From the NCBI GenBank assembly GCA_977020255.1, contig CDROCS010000652.1, forward strand, positions 1 through 64,000: a stretch of 64,000 nt of DNA. Direction: 5' to 3'. The first letter of the stretch is position 1. Each line of letters begins with the position of its first letter. Positions 51,401 through 64,000 of the stretch are shown here, in pieces. The DNA comes from Obrimoposthia wandeli (taxonomy: Eukaryota). The notes beneath the pieces are model-generated. The model worked only from the letters and a program-made list of their open reading frames with translations, was not told the DNA's origin and searched no databases. Made by a program: the position numbers and the translations under genes.

Positions 51401-51850
51401 GTCCTCTCTTTTCTCTAATAACACTTAATCTCGCAGTCTTAGTCACATATACACCACTTGTTAATTAGCTGGATTAAATAACTATAAGGTATGATTATCT
51501 TCTCTTTATTAAGGGAATAACCAACATAAATCTGGTTAACATAAACTTTCATAAAACTTTTTACAATCTCTTTTTAATTTTTTGGCTGCTGAATCATAAT
51601 CAATTAATTCAAACTTTTAATTCAAACCGTTTTCAATTTTTCAATTTACAAACTTTATTGTTTACTAAATAATTAATTCTTCAACATTCTCCCCCATTTG
51701 ATCAGACTAGATCAATCTACGACTTAATTATATTCTATTTAACTTACTATTATTCCTCACACTCTTTACTCATCATTATCATCTAATCACATGCTTACTT
51801 TCATTATTCAGCATTGACATAATGATAAAAATGAGCAAATTATAGGCAGC

Positions 51851-53340
51851 TCAAAGGACCCAATCTAATCTACATACGCTATGTAGCGCTCTAACTATAA
51901 ACGTATTTCCCACCCTAATTTTTGCTACTCTCACCTTGCCATTCTCTCCGGTCTCTAATTTGTCCACTCTACATAATTTCCATTTACCTCTCTCCTCTTG
52001 CTTCTCTATTATCCACACGATGTCATCGATCAGTAACGGTGTCCCCTCATGCCACTTTTGTCTCGATTGTCTCGGGTACAATCAACTCCATCCATCGCTT
52101 CCATAGCATACTGCTTAACGTTTGGAAAAAATTCCATCTGTGCTTCGATTTTAATTCATCACTCCTAAACTTCATCACGGCATACGTCTGATTTATTAAA
52201 AAATAGTTGAGTGTAAGCGCCTCATTTTCCTTCGCATCCATCTTCTTAACATTGGAGTTAATTAACATTGGGTCTAGAATTTACAAGTCTTTCGATGAAT
52301 ACTGATTGTAATTCTTCGTCAGTCACTTTGGTTCCTCTTAGTATCCGGTATATAGCCCTCTTGGCACATTTTATCATGATCTCAAAGTACCCTCCAAAAG
52401 TACCCAACGTATGTCCTCATTTACTAACTCCATTTGAATCCGATAAACGTCCCGTACCAAGTCGCTCACTTCATTCACCGCCCTCACAAAATTTGTGCCA
52501 TTATCCGATATTATCATTCGTGGTCTCCCTCTTCTTCCTATGAATTTTTTTTAATGCCCTAATAAACCCATCGACATCCAAACCATAAGCCATTTCTAAA
52601 TGAATGGCCCGTGTTTGCAGGCATGCAAAAAGGCAAAGGTATATCTTAATACTCACTCTTCCCTGTCCTTGTTTTGTGATGAATGGTCCTGCAAAGACCC
52701 TTAACAGTTGTTCAAATCTGGATCCCGGTAAGGGATCCATCTCTTCGACCATCCCTGCGGCTTTACATTTATTGCAGTCGAAGCATTCTCGCTCTATTTC
52801 TTTGATTACTCTTCGTACTTTAGGAATGCAAGTGGCGTCAAATTTTCCCATCGTTATCCTCAATTTACTTATCTAACTGGTGCAGATCGATATACTTAGC
52901 TTCTATCAAACCATAGACAGTACTATTTTCCCCTAACCATGGAAAATTAACAAACTTTATGTGCGGTCACATTCTACACTTTAACTCTCAATTAACTACA
53001 TGTACGTCACCTGTAACCTCCTTAACAACTAACGCTCTGAACTCTTTATAAAATTATTTTATTCGCACGGTCTAATTCTCATTTTACAGTAGTCATCATC
53101 CATTAGCTTCTCCATCAAATGATATCCACTGATACTAACTCGGCCGTTCCTCCTAATACCAACTCTTGTGCTACTCGTTCATTTACATAGCTCGTTGTAC
53201 TAGCATCGTTTAGCAAGGCGTTCACTCTCACTGACTCATTGTCATTTGACAACACAACTGAAACTGTTTATAGTACTACCACAGTTTGCCTATTATGATT
53301 TTTGTCAGACTGTAACTCTCAAACATCACATCTCAGTCAT
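51851..53340 (-). mobile_element. Bel/Pao LTR-retrotransposon remnant (peptidase, integrase, C-terminal domain; no RT seen)
   Basis: ALLNDASTTSYV peptidase-like; C..C...MDPLP..R, FAGP, LFACLQTRAIHLE, SDNGTNF; C-terminal W.L.RV...G..G.VRVA. Confidence 0.88.
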
Positions 53341-54299
53341 CCTTGTGTTATGATACAGGAACCATTAAATATAAATATTAAATAAGGACATTAAATCGTT
53401 TTTAGAAAATCGTTAAGTAAATTAAAAAATTCGATTTGGATCTATATTAATAATTATAAAAAATCAAATTAAATGTGAAAAAACAAAGTGAAACTTGTGA
53501 AGAAATGATGACTTTAATAGGAATGGAGAAAGTGTAAAAAAAAGTATAAAAAAGGAACAACGAAGAAAAGATAAAACTGAAAAAATAACGTAAAAGCAAC
53601 AATTTTTTTTTCTACAGATACCGACACCAAAAAATGTTGTAGATTAAACATTTCTAAAATCATTGTATTGTCAATGAATTGAAACTTGTGAACTATATAG
53701 TTTCCATGATTTTCCTAATCTTTTGAAAAGAATTTATATTATTTCTGATAGTTTTTAAATCCGTTTCTTATGATCCTCTAGAGGTTTTTGATTTTTCTAG
53801 TTTTTGACTTATAATGTGTGTCTTGTGGTATGTGCAAAACATTTATTCAAATAAACATATTACCAAGAGATTATGTAGGACTAACTGTTAAGCCGATTAA
53901 GTTGATACATTTGTACTTGAAATATGGCATGGGAAGAGTCAGCGACTAACGATGAAGCCAGTATCAAAATTAGCGAGGGATTGTAATCCTACTCAATTGG
54001 CCAAGGAGTATTTAGGTGTACTTTGTCGAGGAGTGAGTCTCATGCTGCTATTTTAAATGTATTGATTATATCGACAGCAGTAAGGTACGCAACTGAATAC
54101 ACTAAGTAACCTAAAATCAGACAGTGATAGGTTAAATTCAATGTTATATTAAATCATTCAAACAGTTTTTAATATAGTTAATGGTACAAAATTTACGAGA
54201 ATTAAGGAGTTCTGAAAATATTGCGAATATTACAACTAACTCTGAGGCTAGTGACAAATACAGGTTAAATACTTTGTCTATTGATGATGATGTCCTAAC

Positions 54300-55560
54300 T
54301 AAAATTACTAGGTTATGCTACAGTACAGTTCGATGTTTAAGTTTGTTAATAAGCTTTTTGGTAGGGTTCCTCAATATATTGGTTCTGCTTGCAATCTGCA
54401 CTGCCCCATTTTTGGCTCCGTGGGACTTGTGGTTTGGTCTACTGTTCCTGTTATTGTGGCTTTTATACTCTTTATTATCATGAAATATTCTCAGCGAGTA
54501 AGGCAAGCACATCTGCATATGCTAGGATAGCAAATTGTGTAGAACTAAGTTTGAACTCAATGTTGGATACTCTGTTCACTGCCTCAATGACGGGATTAAA
54601 AAAGAGATTAAATATAATCATAGACAATGGAAAACCTTGGCGTACAGCCTTCTTAATGGGTATATCTTAAATCTTAGTTTCTCCACATTGGATGTCGGGT
54701 TTGTTCTCTTCGTAGATACTGTGTACAAGTTTACACATTTTCTCAAAAATTTTAACTTTCAACATCATTCCCACGATGAAGTCTATGAGCACTGATCCAA
54801 AGGCATCGGCAATATTCAAGAAAGCGACAAGACATGATCTTTTGTTTCTGCGACACTCATTGGTGACGAGATTGAGTACTGCATTGTGGTCAAAACAGCC
54901 CTCAAATCTAACGATGCTCTTTTGGGATGAATGTAGAGGTTTTTCTTTCCATGACCAGTTTCGTTGATCAGAAGCAGTTACACTTTCCAGTACACTATAA
55001 AGGAAATTCATACCCGCAATCGGTCTCTCGAAATGTCGCTGTAAGAATCTTTTCTCGCCTTTGGAATAAACTTCATCCTGAAGGTTTGGTACTGGCTTCC
55101 AGTATCTTGTTAAACAAGGACGTAATCTCATTGCAATTTGGGTCCTCATTCCTGATGTCGGAGTATGTTATCCCATCAGGCCCTGTGGTACTGACATAAG
55201 CTTTCTTGATAGTGAAACTTACAATATTTGCAGTAACAATATGGCACTTAAAGGTACTTTATCCTCTCCCGAAAAAGGTCATCGGGTATTGTACTCCAAT
55301 CCGTCGGTATAGGTTCTGACATCTTAGTCTCAAAGAAACCAAGTATGTTTCCTCTGTCCGATGTACTATGAATATCAATATTATCGATCATAATCTGATT
55401 GATTTCTTCATTGGAATTTACACAATACAATTTCGGGATTTCGGGATTTCGGGATTTGTAATGTCTGTCTTTAGCATTCTCATGCTTTAATACAAACTGT
55501 TTCTCCACAAATTTACGTTCGATGTGTTATCTCGATCATGTTCACAGATTCTACAGTTCT
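54300..55560 (-). mobile_element. Non-LTR retrotransposon RT fragment (R2/NeSL-like RLE group)
   Basis: GCFDHN..L, FLNIADAFGSV, VRQGFPLS..IFNL and ILAYADV. Confidence 0.85.
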
Positions 55561-56059
55561 CCAACTAAAGGAGAGGTTACTACTCCGCATATTGTAGATG
55601 TTAACAACGACTTTAGCATCTTCAACCCTCTTCAATGCTGAACATACTAGTTTAAAAATATTTTAAAACATACTAACATACTATTAAAAGGGCTTCAAAA
55701 GGAAGAAACGAGAAATAGCCAAAATAGAAATTAAGAGAGATTCCAATTAAGAAACGTTGAAGAAAGGTTGGCTAATTAAGAAGAAGAAAAACTCATTAGC
55801 TATGGTGGGAAAGGACAAACTACTCGTCGGAGGACAACATTAGTAGAGCAAGATCCAGACAATCGTAGTGGAAAGCAAGCAGTCGGCATCTCATTGAAGG
55901 TAAGAAGCACTTAGCTAAACTGATACTTAATTAATTCCTTTTCCATTAAGGAAATCCAAGTTGCTGAGAAGACGCCTCTTAAATAAACGAAGACGATTCA
56001 TCTCTAAATTCAGTAGGGAAATGTAATTAAAAATTGAATTAATAGATTATTCTCCCAAA

Positions 56060-57420
56060 ATGTACGGGTCTCATTATAGTCTTGAAGATTTACTCCCCTC
56101 AAATTCAATTATGAGTGGGATTTCTGTTGTATTTTGTAAATCTGCGAATGTTTTTGCAAATTTATATGGAAAAATCCCATTATCATTAACCGATGCTGGG
56201 AACACTGACTGTGTAATTGGCCATACATTTAAAGATGCCGTTAAATTTTTAAAAGACCTGCTCAAAAACTGCAGAGAATCTATAAATCTCAAACTGCAGA
56301 ATTCAGTATATGCAGTTAAAGATAAATATTTCTCTGAAGTTTAAGGTATACGTGAAATTTCCTAAGAGCGTAATGTACCCAACGCGTATTTAAGTATATG
56401 ATGCAAATCATATCCTTTGAGGTTATGAAACACGATGGGAATGCATGGTTTTTTAAAGAGTCGACAGCCAAGGTTAAAGAGGTTGCACGCCGCTCTCAAG
56501 TATCGCCCCGTAACATGATCGTGATCTCTGACTAACTTAGACTGGGTACCACACAAATAACATGATCTACTAGAATTAAAATTAACCTAGTCTATGCTTG
56601 CCATGATCATTGCTTGGTGAGCATTAAGATCATATACAGGTTTGACAATTGTGGTTCCTAATTCTTTTAATTTTAACATAAAATTTAAATTTAAATTTGA
56701 ACCGAAAAATTCTAGATACTGAGTTATATTGGGTCCTAAGAATAATAGTCCTGCCGAATCCGGTAGGTGAATACTTTCATTTGATCGTGCAATGCTAGAA
56801 TTAACTCCAAACAGCATACACCCTGAATTCCACGGGTATGCATTTTGCCCAATTCCTGAATTTTAAATTCTTATCCTTAGGCATGCTATATAGCGTATTG
56901 TCATCAGGATTCAGTGTACATAATGTCATATGTTTGCTGTAAGAGAGCTGAAATCGGAATCCATGCAAACATCTATGACACCACTTACACCTTATCCTAA
57001 TCGGTAAGGCTCCATTATCTAAATTTAGAAGACGATCTAAATTGGGAATAGCATCATAGTTGAATTTCTTATTATATTCAGCAAAATTAAGTTGACCGGA
57101 GTCCACATCTACTACTTAACTCGTTATAATTAGTAAATTTTTCCATCTAAATTTCTTCCAATTTCAGTTACAAAATTATCATAGAAAACAGTTGCTTTAT
57201 GTGAAATTACCCAAGTTTTAGACATCTCATTGATATTTTTAAACTGCACTGTTGCGCCGAATTGAACCTTAGCCTGTCCTAATTTGGTCACATGCTCTTA
57301 TCTTATTGGATGATTATTTTCCTCAAATGAGAAGAATTGTTTATCTGTTATTGGTTGATAATATTAAATTTCAAATATTGTATTTCTCCAATTAGAAGTA
57401 TTGTTTATCTACATGTCAAG
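56060..57420 (-). pseudogene. Polinton pPolB remnant (arm A)
   Basis: CHRCLHGF...H..LC, MPK...LKFRN, VRDHDHVTGRY..AAC, FHNLKGYD.H, RFIDSLQFL and GIFPY. Confidence 0.92.
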
Positions 57421-57426
57421 TTATAG

Positions 57427-57891
57427 TTAGATAGACTTAAACATTTTTTTATATACGCAATGGTCACCATGATCACGATATGGACAGAAAATGTTTCGTG
57501 GAATTTTTAATATATTATCACGCGAAATATCTAAGGTATTCAATCTCAATTTTGGAAAATAATTTTTTAAAGACTTATACTTTTTGCCATCCATTTCATC
57601 TAAAACATAAAAATTATTTGTCATTATCAAAATTAGATTTTATTGTATCGAAAATACATATTTCACAAAAAGCCTTATGTCTTTCTTTCCATTTTAATAA
57701 ATGAAAATAATAAGTGAGATATAAATTAGTAAATTTTTTCTTATAATCTAAATTCCTAGACGGTATATTTATATTTATATGAAATACAAAGGATGAAAAA
57801 CGTCACATATATCCATAATACATAATTATTTTATAATATAATCTTCATTTTTGTTAATGAAAACCTCAAAGTCTATGATATATTCTTGCAT
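57427..57891 (-). pseudogene. Small DEDD-exonuclease-like gene upstream of pPolB (arm A)
   Basis: MQEYIIDFE...IIK.LCI...HPL and C-terminal CPYRDHGDHC; frameshifts. Confidence 0.55.
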
Positions 57892-57959
57892 AATTACCCA
57901 AATATGTAGCAAATCCCTTTGTTTATAACTAATGAAAATAAAAAACATTAAACAAAATT

Positions 57960-58341
57960 TATTAAAATATCAAAGTTCTCAGAATTCATTTTTATCGTTA
58001 AGATTGGTACATATTTTCAATTTTCCTATGAATATTAAAAGTTATTACATTAAATGTAAACCTACCTAAATATTTTGAAAGTAAATTACATATTTTATCA
58101 GTAACAATTTCCGGAGTATCAGCAGAGGTACAGCAGATGTAGATGGCCCCGTCGACAAAGTTGTAGGTTTTGTAGCCTTCCTCTTCCGCGGAGCTTTCTT
58201 CAGTTTCTCCTCCTTCTCACGCTGAAGTTGACGTAAGACTGCATCATGCTGCCCTCGCGAATCTAAAAGCAATGCCAGTTGCGGAGTATCTAGTTCCGCC
58301 AAGAATTCAGCCAATCCAGCTTCATCCCAGGCCCTCTTCAA
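57960..58341 (-). pseudogene. Spliced hypothetical gene of arm A (40-nt intron 58026-58065)
   Basis: DTPEIVTDKICNLLSKYL|GKLKICTNLN; conserved with 62840-63080. Confidence 0.45.
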
Positions 58342-61300
58342 GTATCATTAATTTCTCATATCATAGGTTTCCTGAAAATAACTTTCTAGAAGCATTCTAT
58401 AACCTCTTGCAAACAATATGTTAATGAGTTAATTTAGAAGTATTCTAGGATCATCTAATTCACCTGGAATACGACTTCCATCAGTAGCTTAATTTCTTCT
58501 AATTGGTGAGATAAAGATTGTCAATCAGAGTTAGTAAATACCTTCAAGCAGAATCTTGGTACCAGTCTTTTAGCTAAAGTGCTTGTACATGTAAAATAAT
58601 ATATTATCTTATAGATGTATCCATTTTGATACAAATATATTGATACTTTATCCACCATATTGATCTTCTCATTTGTTATCTCATTCAGAAAACTTTTAAA
58701 GTACTGAAGACACACTCCATCTATGTGGTAACAAGCTCACATAATTTCTGAATAGCACAAATTTATCCCATTGAATTAATAAATTTCACTTGTTAATTTC
58801 TCTTCATCCCAATAATATCTCCTCTGAAATATATTATATGTCATTTTCTAAATTATCAATATCTATGCATTCCTTCCAGCCATGATTCCTAACAAATCAA
58901 TATTAATCAATAATTTCCAGAATACATCAATACTTTAGAACATAATTAGTAGATATAATTCTTCGATATTTATCAGAAAGCTATAGTTGTTATTATTAAC
59001 AATATGGAATTGAAAAAGATAGAGAAATGTTTTATAATTAGATTTTTGTATATACCTTGTACATATTTTGTGAGTATTGTATTTTTTTATGTATTCACAT
59101 ACATACACACACACATTTTGTAAGTATTCACACACATACATACACACACAATATTACTATAGTCTATTTCCTTGCTCAATCAACTTGAAAATTTTTATGC
59201 ATATATTTTTTGAAGTACACATGCAGGCATACTCAATATTACTATTTATTATATTTCCTTGATCAATCAACTTACAAATCAGTTGTCAATCCAATGAATT
59301 ACTATATTCCAATTTCTCTGAGGTATGTTCAATATATTTGTTATACGTTGTCATAAATGCCCCATGGATAATTTAGATGATTACTTTAGTATCTACTTTA
59401 GCTATAATTTTCTTATGATAGAAACACATAACACTTTGTAACAATGATAAAATCAATGAATGCAAGCTCTATTGATAAAATATTATGAATAACTTTAATA
59501 GTCTTATGATATATTTATATATTCCAAGTTTCAATTCTACATTAGAAATATCAACAATAATCAATTCTTGAGATTTACTAACTGTAATCAATAACATGTA
59601 GAATATTCATGATTGATATATCGTTAATTTCAGTTTAACATATATCTAAGATTTCATAATATAGTTTCTTTAAAAAGCATATTATGTTGAGATGAGGAGA
59701 TAAGATGAAAAGATGCCCACTTACGCTTAAATATATATATATATATAGACATATATATATATTTTATTATTTCATGATGCAGTAAAATCACAAATACTCG
59801 TAACCATAACAAACATATATTTGAATTTGTGAAAAATGAAATTGATGCATTAAAACAACTTTTTTGTAGGGAAATCACTATACATGACCAGCTTTACACA
59901 CGTAATTACATAACTGATAATATAAATAAACTGTATTAAACACATACAAACACACACATACATACATTCACGATTAAGCTTTATTAAACACACGGATATT
60001 GTTCATCTTAGATACAAACAACATTTAGTTCCAACATATGTGCAAGTGATGTTATGTAATGGGTTTGTTAATCTACTAGTAATTAAATACATTCACATAC
60101 ATATATTACAAGATACATACATTTGATTTTATAAGTTCTTTTATAAAATCAAAGTAACTATATATTCTTGATTTATTTTAGTTAATTATAAAAATGAACA
60201 AAACTATTTTTTAAATTACTTTGATATTATTAATAATTTAGATTTTAATAAACTTAAATTTAGCTAGTTATAAAAGAAAGTAATAAATTATTTATCTTCT
60301 ATACTCTTCCTAAATTAATTTTATTGATGTAGTAATGTTCTTTTAATTAACAATTGATAATATTATAAAATTAAATAAAATACACATGATATATAATAAC
60401 ATAGATACATTGGACTGATTAAAATTATACATTTAGTTAAATGAGTTTAAATAATTTGAAATTGATATATTGTAGTAATAATTTTAAATTATCTACTTTG
60501 AATTTAAAAATTAAAGTAGTTTAAATTTTGATAATATGTATTCAAGTGACAACATATATCTAATTATTTACACACATGATGTATCCAAGTGGAAAACATA
60601 GAAACTAATCAGAGGGAATTTACAGCATCATCATTTTATTGATGCAGTAAAACAAATTATATTTTAATTAATAATAGATAATAACATTTCAAATTAAACA
60701 CATGATATATAATAACCTAGATACAATCACCTAATTTATATTATACATTTAATAAAAAGACTTTAAATAATCTTATTATGAAATTGATGTATTTAAACAA
60801 AATGTCTTTATGATGTCTTTATGATGAATAGTTCCAACACCTACTAGAACGTTTAAATAAATTCAGGAAATTATATAATGATTATAGCTTAATTTAGTTA
60901 ACTAATTTTTGTAAATTTTTATTACTTTATTTTAAAAGTTATTAATTTCGAAGTAATAAACTATAATAAACTTTCTGGAAAAAATAAATGTTTAAAGATT
61001 TTTTACTTTTGAAGGTCAACCCTCGACGGTCTAACCAAGTTTTGACCAAACCTATTATATATAACTTTGAAAGGTAAAAAAAATAAACTTTAGAAGAAAA
61101 TAAAGTTTTAGAAAATAAAGTTTTGAAGAAAACATTTCATACGCAAACATTTTCATGTACAAAAGATTTTTGGTAAAAATGATGTATTATGTGTGTGTGC
61201 GACCAATGGAAGAAGTTGATGCAGGAATCACATCAGTATTGACGATGGATTTTGTAATGTTGCTGCTGCAGTGATAATTCAGGGACAGTCCATTTATTGT

Positions 61301-61499
61301 GTTTTTCAAACATTATTGGAATAATCATCGTACGTGTAGCGAGCTATGTGTTTTATGGACATCATATTTAGACTATTGCTATGATACTAATTAGCCAAAT
61401 AGCAAAGTTTGATGTTCTATGAAGGAAATATGGTGCCACGTCATACACGAGGAGAGAAAATATTGTCTTATGAATGACTGATGTGAGGTGTATCTTTCA

Positions 61500-61940
61500 A
61501 GACAAAGTCTTAAGCTCATAGTCAGCTCATGAGCTCATGACCTAGACCTTGACCTTATGATAACTTTGAGCTCATAGTAAGAACGAGCTCAAGTGATGAG
61601 TGCACTATAGTAGAATAAAGGATGTGAGGTGTCCTTGAGCTCATGGTGAGCACATGAGCTCATGAAGTCACGTGATGAGTCATGGTCTTTGTTCTCAAAA
61701 TTTAAATATCATGTGTACTCGAGAGAAATGTGACCTACTTATGACGTAATGTGACCTCATGAAGTCACATGACCTTGACATACTTATGATACCATGTTAC
61801 CTTGAGCTCACATGACCTCATGTGACCTACATCACATGACCTTTAAAAATCATGTGTACTTGGGAGAAATATGACCTACATCCCATGAACTTGGCCTACT
61901 TTTTGACCTCACATGACCTCATGATGACCTTAACTTGTCC
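61500..61940 (+). promoter_or_regulatory. Dense array of TGACCT and GAGCTCA motifs at the start of Polinton arm B
   Basis: 12 same-strand TGACCT hexamers in 61539-61930, plus an internal ~140-bp duplication. Confidence 0.5.
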
Positions 61941-61993
61941 TCAAATCCCCCGGGGGCTTTGTCCCAGAAGTCACACATCTACCTACTCACCTC

Positions 61994-62188
61994 ATGTCAA
62001 AACCCCAGAAAGTGGCAATTGCTGCACAACAACCGGTGCAGCCAAAGAAGAAGCCCGATCGACCAAAGAAGAAGGAGCCAGTGCCGCTTTCTCCAATTCC
62101 ACTTAGTCGGAGGGATATTACAAGGAATATATTGATGAAAATAATCCCAATTATGACTTCGTTAAGTGTTTTAGAAAAAAAATTATAA
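61994..62188 (+). CDS. Small Lys/Pro-rich hypothetical protein
   Basis: MSKPQKVAIAAQQPVQPKKKPDRPKKKEP..., directly after the motif array. Confidence 0.35.
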   Translation: MSKPQKVAIAAQQPVQPKKKPDRPKKKEPVPLSPIPLSRRDITRNILMKIIPIMTSLSVLEKKL

Positions 62189-62839
62189 AAAATACTTATA
62201 TGTGTTGTGTTTTTATTTTTAAATTTTCTTAACTTCAATTTTAAAAGATAAATTTAAAATTAATTAAGTAAAAGATAACAGATTTTTTTATGAATTTAAT
62301 ATATATTAAATCGCATTGATTACTTATAGTTTTATTCAATTATACTAGAGATAAACACTTATTTGTTAAAAAATATACCCCTTACTTGATTAAAAATATT
62401 TCCAATTTATATAAATAGGTTCAAATTTATCTATCTCTTCATTATTTAAAAATATAATTTACTAAAATGCAAAATCTCATAACGAAAATAGAAGAAATTC
62501 GAAGAAAGAAGACCTACGAAAGAAGATCTTAAATCAAAATGTGTATGCTGACGTCGCGACCGAGTGGAATCAAAGGGTGGATTTTCAAAACAGGCGGCTA
62601 GCTGAATGACGAAGGATCCTGGACTGGAATAGGAAGGTGGAATTGGAAAAAAAGTAACTGTCTGAAAATGAAAGAGTGGAGATGGAGGAAAAATACCGAG
62701 CTGCAAGAAAGAGAATCCTCCAGATTAAACCTGAATAATTTTTCTTTTGATTTTATTGATTATTTACAGTGTTAAATTTTAAATATTTTACATATCCTTA
62801 TTAAATATAAACAATTTTATATATAATGTTTTTATAAGA

Positions 62840-63080
62840 TGGATGATAAAATAAATTTGAATAAATTATACATTAAAATTATCTCCAGATTTAATGGAAA
62901 ATTACGAAAAAATATTTCTAAAAAAACGATACTCCGGAAATTGTTGCAGATAAATTATGCAATTTACTTTCAAAATATTTAGGTAGTTTTACATTTTATA
63001 TAACTTATTTTAATATTCATAGGAGAATTGAAAATATGTACCAATCTTAACGAGAAAAAATGAAATCGAAGTACTTTGAT
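62840..63080 (+). pseudogene. Spliced hypothetical gene of arm B (40-nt intron 62983-63022)
   Basis: DTPEIVADKLCNLLSKYL|GELKICTNLN. Confidence 0.45.
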
Positions 63081-63150
63081 ATTTTAATAAATTTTGATTA
63101 TTGGTTTTATTTTAATTCGTTAAAGGGATTGGCGACATATTTGGGTAATT

Positions 63151-63600
63151 ATGCAATAATATATCATAGACTTTGAGGCTTTCATTGACAAAAAATGAAG
63201 ATTATATTATAAAAGAATTATGTATTATGGATATATGCGACGTTTTTCATCCTTTGCATTTCATATTTCATGTAGATATCCCGTTTAGGAGTTTAAATTA
63301 TAAGAAAACATTTACTAATTTATATCTCACTAATTATTTTCATTTATTAAAATAGAAAGAATAAAATATGGCTTTTTGTGAAATATGTATTTTCGATACA
63401 ATTAAATCTAATTTTGATATAGAAAATGGATTTTTTAATGTTTTAGATGAAATGGATGGCAAAAAGTATAAGACTTTAAAAAATATTTTTCAAAATTTAG
63501 ATTGAATTCCTTAAATATTTCGCGGGAAAATCTATTAAAAATTCCACGAAATATAATGCTGTCCATATCGTGATCATTGCGCATATAAATTTTTTTTAAG
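63151..63600 (+). pseudogene. Small DEDD-exonuclease-like gene (arm B)
   Basis: IIDFEAF...YIIKELCIMDICDVFHPLHFIF; inverted paralogue of 57427-57891. Confidence 0.55.
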
Positions 63601-63619
63601 TATATCTTATTATTACTTG

Positions 63620-64000
63620 ACATATAGATAAACAATTCTTCTAATTGAAGAAATTCGTTATTTACAAAATAAAATTTTCAACCAATAACAAAATACCTAA
63701 ATCAAATGAACAATCTTTTTAATCGGAGGAATAAAATATTTAAAAATTAATATTATCAACCAATAACAGATACACAATCCTTCTCATTGGAGGAATAAAT
63801 TCAATATTATCATCCAATAAGAAAATGCATGTGTGCATAAAATTTACTATATAAGCTCACACATTTTTTCATTTCAATCCCCGATTTTAGAAATAATGAA
63901 TATGGTAAGAACCTTTATTTTTTATTCTTATTAATATTTATTATTTCAGATTACTTGTAACCTGTTTCCAGCATATTGTGGTGCTTTGGCTCCACATGGA
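63620..64000 (+). pseudogene. 5' region homologous to the pPolB start of arm A
   Basis: Aligns with 57290-57420; a 45-nt GTAAG...TTTCAG intron-like segment lies at 63905-63949. Confidence 0.45.

Noticed and set aside
54181-54483. Plus-strand ORF with two hydrophobic segments (membrane protein)
   Set aside because: Most of it is antisense to the C-terminal part of the non-LTR RT remnant, and there is no independent support.

Overview
This window is eukaryotic, not bacterial, and has two parts. (1) Bases 1-28541 are animal mitochondrial DNA, with all genes on the minus strand. The code is AAA=Asn, AGR=Ser, TGA=Trp (table-9 type, as in rhabditophoran flatworms and echinoderms). About 1.6 mitogenome lengths lie head-to-tail, with two arrays of a ~403-bp control-region repeat. 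The first pass (4671-17581) has intact genes once the right code is used. In it, nad1 is split: the last ~52 residues are a separate ORF 5.8 kb away, between nad4 and atp6. The second pass of nad2-nad6 is a frameshifted haplotype about 8% divergent (NUMT-like). (2) At ~28541 the mtDNA joins a Polinton/Maverick (adintovirus-type) element 11 codons into its major capsid gene. That element carries pX-like, penton, integrase, core-protein and ATPase genes, plus a TBP-like gene with a 35-nt intron. The rest is a graveyard of mobile DNA, almost all on the minus strand. It holds four pPolB remnants, two copies of an LTR-PBS element with a chuvirus-like glycoprotein, an RT-less Gypsy remnant, a REX4/ISG20-like exonuclease, an RT-less Bel/Pao remnant and an RLE-type non-LTR RT. 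It ends with an inverted pair of Polinton arms, one preceded by a dense TGACCT array. All family assignments come from motifs recognised by eye, and no searches were run. A misassembly at the mtDNA repeat cannot be excluded.
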